A stretch of 64,000 bases of DNA from Phoronis australis (taxonomy: Eukaryota; Animalia; Phoronida): assembly GCA_002633005.1 (NCBI GenBank), contig NMRA01000854.1, positions 39,629 to 103,628 of the forward strand, given 5' to 3'. Shown here piece after piece: positions 25,001 through 34,762 of the stretch (positions within the stretch are counted from its first letter, which is position 1; every line of letters starts with the position of its first letter). Position numbers and translations under genes: made by a program. The notes beneath the pieces are model-generated. The model was not told the DNA's origin. It worked only from the letters and a program-made list of their open reading frames with translations, and did not search any database.

Positions 25001-28000
25001 CGATACTCAGATCCGTCCGAAACTTCGCTCATGCTGTCCCATGCATGAAAGGAACATGTTTGCAGAATTTCATGAACATATGTGAAACGGTTTTGGAGAT
25101 AGAGCAGCGGATGCTGGACATCACATAAAAATATGTGGGTGCATAAAAACGAATGAAAAGCTCGTCTATTTGAAACTGTGACACTTGTAAAAGTTGGTGA
25201 CCAAAAGGAACGCTCTCGTGGATTTCGCACCACAAAAGGTATCAGGCCATGCACACCATACATTATGTCAAAGGTTGGAGTCACACTTGGTTTCACGGAA
25301 CGTCTCGATTAGTCCATACCTTTGTCTCCAGTGTCACCCTCCCCCTTCTTTTCATCTTCAATTGTCACTTTTGCCTTGACACCTTCCTGAAAATTGAGTG
25401 TTTGCCATATTAGACATGCTCACTCTACTATAGTGTTAACATTAGCTTTTTATACCGTCCAAATTACAACATATTCTGACAAAGCGTTTCAGTGTACCAT
25501 CCTGGGAACAGACTTCAGTAACAGTAGGCCAAGCCTTGCAAGCCATTTCCTCAACAGTTACACATTCTTTCAACTGCCATGCAACATAGGGACAAACTGA
25601 TCATTTAACATTTAACAAGATCACTATAATGAACAAATTTAAAAGGCTTAACATTTGCTCAGTTTTTATTCTTTCTTTTTACGCCACTGTAGTAACAACC
25701 AACACATAACAACAACACCATCTACATTGCAGACACCTTAGGGCCCATTACCAACAAACATTACTCAGAACTTGACTCAAAAATAACCTAGTCACACTAT
25801 GCAACATTTAGAACTTTACTCAAAGCACGCCACGCGAAAATATTAATTAGTTTGCTCAAGGTTGGGCTTGGACCAAATATTAGTGTTCCCAATACTGACC
25901 ATCCCTGATTCGAAAATTACGGGAAAAACTGCAAATATCCCCAAGTCTGAAATTATGTACTTTGTATGAACTTCCAATTATTTTATCAAATCCTGTTCTG
26001 CAAAAGATCCAGAGTCCAAAATTTGAGAAATATGATAAAAACCATAAACCATCCATGTCCCAAATTTCAAAATCAGGAAATTTAAGTTCAGCTTGGATTT
26101 CAGTGTCCCAAATTGGTAAATTTTTACCACATAAACCAGACTACAGTATGGTGGTCATGGCCCCAAGAGAAACGTCTGCTCAGCGAGACTATATCACAAA
26201 TTTGACTTGAAGAGGTAGCAGGCACATTCCTTTTAATATGGGGGAACTCGACATTCACTAGATGTCACAAATGAAACAAAGGACCTTCCCATAGAAATAC
26301 CTGCATTTGGATAAATCACGTGAATGTTGCTGGTGAACTTCATTCTGCACTCAATCTATTCTGATGTCAAAAAGTGGGACCCTTATTCATCAATGCCACC
26401 TAGTAAATACTGAGTTGACCAATACAGCTGCCAAGTTAGTAATCTAATTACAACAGAAAACTTTCAACACAAATATCAAAGCACAGATCACAGTTCGACA
26501 ACATAAGGTGCAGATGATAATCCATGGACAAGAGAAGGGACACCTTTAGGAGCTAGAGAATGACAATGACCTTCACAATAGTAAACAGAGGGCACCACAG
26601 AAAGCCACAACGTAAACTGTCTGTCCACTGCTTTGAAGGATACTTTTCATTGTCATCAGCAGGCAATTTTGGTTGATCATAATTTATGATGAAAGATTTT
26701 TACATGAATTCATGTTAACCTATCATATACGAATGATATGAAAAAGTGATATAAAACGGTTCACAAAAATTCATATAACGGTTGATATAATTTGTCAAGC
26801 AAGGTTTGTAATGAGTCGTGATAATTTATATCATTTCTGATAACTGAACAACCTCATCATAATAGGTTTACCATGAATGACGATTGGACTGATATCAGAA
26901 CAGTAATCATTTATCAGTAATACTGATATCAATTCATATCAACCACAATGGGGCAGGGCTTGTAAAGACAACAAAATAAGAAGATTTTCCAGGTAACGTA
27001 TGGTTCTACAAATATGCTTATGTGATAAATATTGTTTGTGTAGTTAAATTTAAGTGTAAAAAATGTTTTTCCATGAATAAAGGCAAAAGAGTGAAAAAGA
27101 GATGGAAAAATAGAAAACTGGAAATCCAATTAGAGGAAATTAAAACCAAAAAGAGGAAGCTCTCCTAATAGAGAGGAATTCCAAGGCGTGATGGGGGTGT
27201 ACTGTTAAAGACATCCCTCCAGCCCTGATGGGGGTGTACTACTACAGACATCCCTCCTCTCGTTCAATAAAATATTAGGTCCATTTTTACCACACTGTTC
27301 TGTCCTACCGCAAGCTCAGTCTCCTCATCGTCATCCTTCTCAGTGTCAGAGGGCCAATCACAGTCAGAGTCTGTCGGCTCAACATTACCACTGACAATGT
27401 CTCGCCTCTACAAACAAAACAAGAGTTTCCACAGCTCAACAAAAATAGGACGTGGAAAACATTGCAACGGATGACCAACCTGACTGAAAGAAACAGCGAT
27501 AACAAGTTGCTTAATCAAATGCTTCCATATTAAACAGAAAAGTGTCTTGTTTTGGTCACACGTCAGTTCCCTCACTTAACGGAAGGGGAAGGCACACCTG
27601 TGACTTCAGAGAATCAAATGGTTGAGGGGAAACTCCCNNNNNNCCCCCCCCCCCCCCCGCAGTTGCCACTCCTCATGGGCAGTGATTCAAGTAGTCAAAA
27701 ATAACACAGAAGTGATTCAAACCTTGAGGTGATTTTTTAATAACTGGAGAGGAATTTTTAGGCCTAATGAGGGGAATTTCGTGCAATTTTTATGAATGCT
27801 TTTCATAAGATAATGGGGCCCATATTTGGCCCCAAAATCGAGGCATCCATAGGTCTGAGTATAGATTTCAGACAACACTATGGTAAAATGAAAACTTTTT
27901 TACATATTTATTACAACACTCATAGCGAATAGTATACTGACCTTTTCAAATAACGGAACATATTTCGCTGCATATTTGCACTCGAGTTCGTGAACTTCTT

Positions 28001-30277
28001 CATAAAAGCTTGCCTCAACTTTTGTCGCCTCAAACTGCAGTTTTTTTAATGCCTTCAGACGCCTCTTTACTGGTTTTGGCAAACTAGAACAGCAAATTGC
28101 CCAGTTAGGAAGTTTGCAGACCACTGAATGCAATCAGCACAGCTATCTTCTGCATAGATAATACTTAAGCAAGACACCTCAAGGGTGAAAGACAAACAGA
28201 ATAGCTACATATAAAATAAAATGTGAAGGATTTTTCAACAGTGTCAAGATCACGATTTAAGTCAAAGCTGTGTTATACTTTGCTGAATTTACTCCTTTTA
28301 AGAAAGATTTTCTAAAATGCAGGAGACAAGCTGTAAATTTCAAAAAAAAAAAAAAAGAATTCTGGAGAAGTCAGCCCAAAACTGCTAATGTAAGGCGACA
28401 AACCCTACAATAGCCTAACCTATATGTGCGTTTGCCAACCTATGTGGTCCAGCATCGTTCTGCCCTCCTTAAATTTTGCTTCTACTTGTACTTGACGTTT
28501 GGAATCTAGACACCCAGCGGTGTATGATGCTGGCAAAACAAAATACAAATTCATAACTGGGTTTGCAAAATGATTACAATTATCACACAAAACCATCAAA
28601 TTTGAGCCAGTGACAAAACATTCCCAAAGACCATCTTCAGTCACAATTTCAAACCAATAGCAGAGCATACGATGTAACCAGTTGTCTTTTGCATTAAGTT
28701 AATTCAAACAACAAGAAATAATTTCTTTCTGAGCTACAGAGAGATGAGTTATGACACTAGAGATGTCGAGTAAAAGGACCATCAATAAGTCCTGAAAGCA
28801 GTTGAACCTCCCCAAGTGCACGGTTTGCAACGGCAGTTGCCCACTACTGACCTTTCAATGTAGCCCGACGATTGACCTAACATGCCCTGCAGACGACCCT
28901 GTAAAGTGGCCAGTACTTCAGGGTTCTTGAGTATCTGACTGGCTAAATTACTGGCTTGCTGGTGTGATGCCACTGGAGAGATCAATAACAGAATATTAGA
29001 ATGACAGATTATTATAATTTTATACTGGAATCTAACGGAAATAGCAGGAAATACATCAACTGCTTGGTATGTCATTTTTCACTTGATGCAACCTCCAAAA
29101 TTTTTGGCGTTAAGGACTTTCTTGGAGTCCAGCGCCCGCTTGCACTAAATAATGCCAATAGGGACTCAAGAATGTTCCTAAAATTTTCAGTACACTTGCA
29201 GACTTTGCTTGTTCACTAATGTTATGATTTTTCCATTAACTTTATCTTTATTGTGAGATGCTCATTGATTTGTAATATTTTCAATTAAAAAATCTGAAAA
29301 CTGACCCGTTATTTTAATCAAAATAAATAAGGATCAAGTCCTCAAATTAGAGACATTGTATGAAAAGGTCTGCTTATCTTCAATAAGAACTTAAAGTAAA
29401 GTTGAGTGTCGCTGTGTAACAAAGCTGAAACTAGACAAATCCATGGAAATAAAACAGGGTTACAGTGTTTACACAAAGAGAATACCATCAGTGTTTGCAT
29501 AAAGTCCGCAAATGCACTGAAAATTGAGGGAATACAGCCGGTTCCCTACTGCGACAATTTCGTGCCACTGAGCACAGAAATCTTTACACAGTGCACAATG
29601 TCACACAAATGAAAACATTTCAGAGTTGCGAATTCGAAAACAGTGCTCATTTTTATTGTCTGCAACTTGGTTGCAATTCAAGATTCGATGAGCATGACAA
29701 TGCCTTTAAACCCCATAGACCTTTAAAAATTCAACATGCATCCAGAAATGCTGTTCATCCTTAATACCCCGGCTGGGTAACTTACTTTCTTCCTGTTCAC
29801 CCTCATCCACTTCTTCCACATCATCAACTTCTTCTGTTGCCATGGCAGCACTGAAAATACCACCAGAGGTCACTGAGCAACTTTTCACAATGGATTGCAT
29901 AACTTGCTGGATGGTTATAATGTCTGTTTTATGCTTTGCATATTGCCATCAGGAACAGACACTGCTACTGTTACTGATGTCAAAACAGCTACAAAATTAA
30001 CTTTTGCAAGATGACCTAAACTTGACCCGTTTTGACTTCAAGCGCAATTTCCATGAAACACGATGAAATTCCAAGCCAAATTTCCCCGCCACAGGCCACA
30101 ATCAAAAGACCAAGTCCTTTCAGTCAACACGATACATCGAGTTTTTCTCAGTCACTAGTTATGCATAACACGTACTTTCATGAGTCTACCAAATAACAAT
30201 CACACTAAAAGGACAAACAATGCAAAAAACACAATTATGTGTACGGAAACTTACTCTGTCTTTTCATTATCAGCCAT
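13062..30277 (-). CDS. NAP1L1: nucleosome assembly protein 1-like (NAP1L1/NAP1L4-type histone chaperone), complete; exons 30277-30255, 29850-29786, 28972-28852, 28083-27942, 27407-27309, 25386-25320, 22998-22856, 20519-20380, 19612-19467, 17803-17661, 16837-16748, 13094-13062
   Basis: All 11 introns are GT-AG with consistent phases. Translation: [25 protein letters not shown]...[12 protein letters not shown]...[21 protein letters not shown]...[12 protein letters not shown]...[31 protein letters not shown]...[22 protein letters not shown]...[11 protein letters not shown]...[10 protein letters not shown]...[25 protein letters not shown]...[18 protein letters not shown]. The C-terminal CKQQ CaaX box is typical of NAP1. 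Confidence 0.96.
13326..13776 (+). mobile_element. non-autonomous Helentron/DINE-1-like (HINE-type) repeat; longer copy 23906-25149, fragment ~45843-46090
   Basis: Shared start acaagagc and internal motifs aaaatggccactaggtgg and aaaactaaaattgccacta. Subterminal atgcacccac (13350) is complementary to gtgggtgcat at the 3' end of the long copy. Ends in gcataa. Confidence 0.55.
17375..17572. repeat. minisatellite, 34-bp unit x ~6 in a NAP1 intron
   Basis: ggtgttccagccgacttttgctcagtttatcccg tandem copies; these explain the three overlapping repetitive ORFs. Confidence 0.9.
18219..19013. mobile_element. PIF/Harbinger-type MITE with TAA target-site duplication
   Basis: taa|gggctgttccagtaaaatccgtgtgggagggggg ... 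cccccctcccatacagattttgctggaacagccc|taa: ~35-bp TIRs, GGGC...GCCC ends, 3-bp TAA TSD. A longer relative lies at ~51079-52884. Confidence 0.85.
20919..21051. repeat. 40-bp tandem repeat (x~3); related array at 22441-22535
   Basis: aatcttgagcaatgcttgaaaagctccgagccaagtttgc units. Confidence 0.8.
23906..25149 (+). mobile_element. long Helentron/DINE-1-like non-autonomous element with internal tandem subrepeats
   Basis: Homologous to 13326-13776. Internal ~450-bp subrepeats (aaaatggccactaggtggc at ~23985, 24388, 24842). 3' hairpin cacata-aaaa-tatgtg followed by ggtgcataaaaa. Confidence 0.6.
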
Positions 30278-32233
30278 ATTTGAACTTTGGTCTAAAAAAT
30301 AAAACAAATCATGTATTTATAAAGGTATGGATGACCAGTTACAGGATGGGACTGTGTATAAACAGACTAAGCACTAAAGGGCACTAGGTTTACAATGACC
30401 TAATTCGGTAATCAGGTAATAGTCAAATACGTGGGTCCCTAATTTAAAAGTGATTTGTAGGTAAGAACAAGGTCTATTTGTGTAGATGTATATGTCTTCA
30501 AGCTACAATCCAACAATGACAACAGCCATCTGAAAAGAATAAAAGAATGTCTTAGCTAAGTAAAGCCCTCTAATTTGACAACTCCCATTGAATCACAGAC
30601 ACTGATTGAATAATGGATAAAACTGGTTCTCTAATTCATGGTCCACCATATTTGATTAGTGTCCTCTCAGCGATAATTACCGGTTGTCAAATTCCACTGA
30701 AAGGCCACCAAAACTAACCCAACTATCGAACCCAAGGTACAACTGTTGGTAGCCCAACTGTCAACTAAGACAGTGACCACAGTCTGTAGCTCACAAGAGA
30801 CAGTATAGCTCCAGAAGGAACTTCATACGCCGGAGGCTTTTCGGAGAACTATGCCTCACACTGACTAAAACATCAAAGTCACGTTGTTATAAATACCTTT
30901 TGCACATAGAGGGACACCTTAGGAGGCAGGACAATGTATCTAATTCCTTCCAACTTGAAATACTCCCGTTATCAAACTTTTTCTTTAAGCAGTCCCTCGT
31001 TCAATTCCCAAAATGGGAAACTCGCCACTTATAACACTGCGCGTGGCAGGTGGTATGACATCATATACCCAGGCATGCGGCATAATTTGTCAAAAAGCTT
31101 CCAATGTATGAAGTTCCTATAGGAGCTACACCCTCTCTAGTCGACTAGAGAGGGTGGTCACGACAGCAGACCTTTACCCAGCGAACGTCCTGGGTGTCCA
31201 AATGGACGCCCTAGCACCAATCTGGACGCCCTGGCAAGGACGCACAATGTATCACTTGAACGCCCACTGTCAATTGGAACTTTCCAAGTTTGGAAACACA
31301 CATTGCAATGATTACTAGGAAGCCCAGGCACATAGCTGAAGGGAGAAGTGAGCAGTGCTGGTTTTTTTCAAAGCAGGAAGAAATATACAAAGTATATACA
31401 GTGATGTCATGTTCAAACTTGGTTGATAGCATTTAGTATCCACCACTTTTCTTGCATTAGTAGTCAAGTTTCTTCCACTGCTGGCTATGCTCCCAGTGGT
31501 CTTAGCTCCACAGTTCATTACTATATGTATATGTAGAGTTCAGCCTTAGTACGACTCCAAACTGGTGTTTCAGTGCTGTAATTTCATGATTTTCATCTTT
31601 CTTTAAAAAACATCAAAAGCGAAATGAATGTCACTATTTTAATACAGTATTGTGCCACAAGAATATGCCCATTCAATTTTTTTGAGTTTGCACCCATTTC
31701 ATGCATTTCAATGTGAGTTTTAAGGTTTTAATATGTAACAGCAGTGACACCTGTTTCCAAAATATAAATCTCACGTCTATGCATTAATCTTGTTTTGTAA
31801 CTGGAGCTCTGATGACTCATTTTACAGAATATTAAAGCTAGTTAAAATGATATGACAAACTTTATAACATCAATTTGACTCGAAGTCACCAAAAACATAG
31901 TGTACTCGTTAAATCAATATCTCTAATATATGTTTGGTTAGCTACTTGGCTGTTCTCGTCAATTTAGATGTAAAAGTCTTGGTCTACATATTTTTTTAGT
32001 AAAAAGTGCACTAAAGAGGACAGTTTTATAACCTTAGATATAAAAACCTTGGTCTACGCATTTTTTGTAAAAAAAACTCAGTCTGTGTGTGTGGGGGGAT
32101 TGATGGTGAACGGTCGTAGGGGTGGGGGTAACGCGTCATTGGAATCATGGATGCCCTTGAATATTGGAAACCCATTTTGGACATCCTATTTTCGAAATCC
32201 TGAAAAAAGGCCTGTCACTATCTACTGTCGGCT

Positions 32234-32845
32234 TAGACAGTGACTACTGTCTACTGACTCTGCAGTAGAGACAGTGAAGCTGCTATAGGCACTTCATACA
32301 CCGGAAGATTTTCGGTGAATTATGCCTCGCACTGACTAAAACATCAATGGTAACTTGTTATAAATACCTTTTGCACATAGAGGGACACCTTAGGAGGCCG
32401 TCAGTGTATTTAATTCCTTCCAATTCAAACAAATACTCCCGTTATCAAACTTTTTATTCGAGCAGTCCCTCATTCAGTTCCCCAAATCGGTAACTCACAA
32501 TTTTTAACACTGCGCGCACCAGGGGATACTACGTCATACTACATGGCGCGCACAGTTTTAAAAATGGTGAGTTACCAGTTTTGGAACTGAACGAGAGACT
32601 GCTCGAAGAAAAAGTTTGATAACGTTAGTATTTTTTCGAGTTGGAAGGAATTATAAATACATCAACAGCCTCCTAAGGCTAAGGACAAGGTGTCCTTTGT
32701 GAGCAATAGGTATTTATAACAATGTGACTGATGTTTTAGTCAGTGCACGGCATAATTCGCCGGCGAAAAGCTTCCGGCGTATGAAGCGTCTATAGGAGCT
32801 CCACCGTCCTACTACCTGTGCCAGTAAGACGGTGGTCACTGTCTA
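32234..32845. mobile_element. foldback/Mutator-like MITE with ~300-bp inverted arms and 9-bp TSD; relatives at ~30768-31161, ~35508-35890, ~2650-2871 (right arm) and ~6740-6985 (left arm)
   Basis: Ends tagacagtgactactgtct ... agacggtggtcactgtcta. The arms are complementary along their length (cttcatacaccggaag / cttccggcgtatgaag). Flanks ctgtcggct / ctgtcgact (8/9 match). Confidence 0.8.
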
Positions 32846-32883
32846 CTGTCGACTAGGCCTAGGCCACCTAGCCTAGGCCTAGG

Positions 32884-33006
32884 GGGCACAATTCGAATAT
32901 AATGGACCCTGACTTAGAAAACCAGGCAATCACTAAATAACAGCCTTGTTATTTAGTGGATGAAACTGGTTCTCTAAATCAGGGTCCACTATATACGACT
33001 AGTGCC
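32884..33006. repeat. small palindromic MITE (~120 bp); copy at ~37059-37181, fragments at ~30615-30662 and ~39450-39520
   Basis: ggcacaattcgaatataatggaccctga...tcagggtccactatatacgactagtgcc inverted symmetry. Confidence 0.65.
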
Positions 33007-33287
33007 ATTTGCCTGAATGAACGTAACGACACACAGACATGATAAAACTATCGACTCACGCTTTGATGAATTGACCAGGAAAGAATGGCAAAATCTGCAG
33101 TGTGTTCAGACAGTGGAAAGTGAAAATCCTGAAAATAGGCAGCTGGCCAAGCAACGAAGTTAAACATAAATTACATCAGTTGAAATTCCAAGACTGTGCT
33201 TAGTACATTCACAAATAACGAAGTAGTCACGTGGAAAGTTAAACGTGGACTTGAATGCCGTGAAAACTTCGTGACATAAGACATTAC

Positions 33288-33460
33288 CTCACTTTTTTCT
33301 GGCTTTGCGAATCAGTGAGCCGCGCCACACGAGGAAAGATGGCGGAATGCCTGTAAAACAGAAAGGGCCTCGATCATTAGTTGAATTTACGCTCTACTTA
33401 CACTGGTAGCCAATCAGAGCATACGTTACGTACAGCTTTGCATTTGGCGGGCACATTAAG
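33288..33460 (-). promoter_or_regulatory. NAP1 promoter and non-coding first exon (duplicate at ~37463-37630)
   Basis: Minus-strand donor gag|gtaatg at 33287. YY1-type AAGATGGCGG at 33336-33345, CCAAT box agccaatcag at 33408-33417, E2F-like TTTGGCGGG at 33443-33451. The first coding exon has an acceptor at 30292, so an upstream UTR exon is needed. Confidence 0.6.
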
Positions 33461-33571
33461 GTCACATAAATAGGTCATATCGTCACAGCTGAGCGACACC
33501 AGACTCGGTCGCCGGAGCGTTTCGAGCCGTAACTAAAACGTTACCGGCAGCAACAGTGGCACGATATAGGG

Positions 33572-34761
33572 TGTTGAGTTGTTAAGTGAATAAAGAACGA
33601 TCTTCAGGATAACTAGCACTGCCTTTATTGATGTGCACTAACTGGTGCTCACACTACAACTAATAGATGTTTACTCTATGTAACATATATATATAGAGAC
33701 CGGTAGAGGTCGCTCATATCAACATCTCCCTTTCTCAAATCAAATAAAAACTCGTAAGTTTTTCTTTCCCTTTTTACCAGATATGAGTTTCCCTACGGCG
33801 TCAAAATGAACAAACTAATCCACTTATCATATGTTTCTTACACAAAATCATTGAACTAAATCGTCACTTAAGCAACTGTTTATATGAGCAATCACTTAAA
33901 CAAATGTTCATCAGCAATCATAGTCCCTGAGATAATTTGGTCGTTTGGTTACTCGTTGTGAACGTCTCGGCACTACAACAGGAAGATTGTCTGTCGGTGA
34001 TATACTGTTGTCAGCGTTTCCGGTTGCGGTTGTCTGTGGTGCATTACCGTTTCCCGATGCCGTTGATTGACTGGTTTCGGCGTTAGGCACTTTCGGTTCC
34101 GGAGATTTTTCACGGATGTTTGGCCTAATTTGCGTAGGACGAATATGCTTTCGATTGCGTTCGAATATTTGTCCGTTCTCCGCTTTTACAAAATAACTTC
34201 GTGTGCCGGATTTCTGTACAACCGTTCCAAGAATCCATATGTCACCTTCTTTATGTTGAAAATATACAGGTTGATCTATGACAAGCTCCGGTAGATCACA
34301 CGAATTTTTGTCATAGTATCGCTTCACCGTTGCCTTTCGCGCTTCTCTCCGCTGTCGCGCTTTCTCGAGGCTAACGTTTAGTTTGATGTTTCTGTTCATC
34401 ATGGGCAATTGCGTTCTTATTTTACGGTTGAACATCAGTTCACTTGGGCTTACACCAGTCGCGTTCGGGGTCATTCGCTGTTCGAGGATTGCCAAATATA
34501 TATCGTTTCCCGATTTGGCTGTCTTCAACATAAGATTTTTCATCTGCTTCACTGCAGCCTCGGCCTTTCCGTTCGCGCTCTGGTGCATTGGTTTCGATTT
34601 CGTGTGCACAATCTGCCAATCGCGAATAAAACGTTCGAACTCAGTCGAAGTGAATTGCGAACCACCATCCGTATTTATCTGTTTTGGGATTCCGTATCGC
34701 GCGCACAGCTTCTTCAATTGTATAATGACCTGAGATGATGTCGTTTTGTACATCCTCTCCA
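33572..34761 (-). mobile_element. 3' end of a Ty3/Gypsy LTR retrotransposon (integrase, PPT, 153-bp 3' LTR), truncated by the contig break at N 34762
   Basis: LTR 33724-33572 is bounded by TGTTGA...TCAACA, with a TATA-like tract and AATAAA (33629-33624). PPT gagaaagggaga at 33736-33725. Integrase ORF lies upstream. Confidence 0.92.
33911..34761 (-). CDS. retrotransposon integrase (rve core second half plus C-terminal domain), partial pol
   Basis: YGIPKQINTDGGSQF...HQSANGKAEAAVKQMK (D..35..E), TPNATGVSPSELMFNRKIRT, and C-terminal RRSQRVTKRPNYLRDY typical of Ty3/Gypsy. The frame is uninterrupted. The first ~27 aa of the supplied ORF come from across the N join and are not part of it. Confidence 0.92.
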
Positions 34762-34762
34762 N

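Noticed and set aside
25170-25315. Intronic H/ACA snoRNA in NAP1 (human NAP1L4 hosts one)
   Set aside because: Only short ANANNA/ACA motifs are present and I could not establish the two hairpins; an Infernal/snoReport search would be needed.
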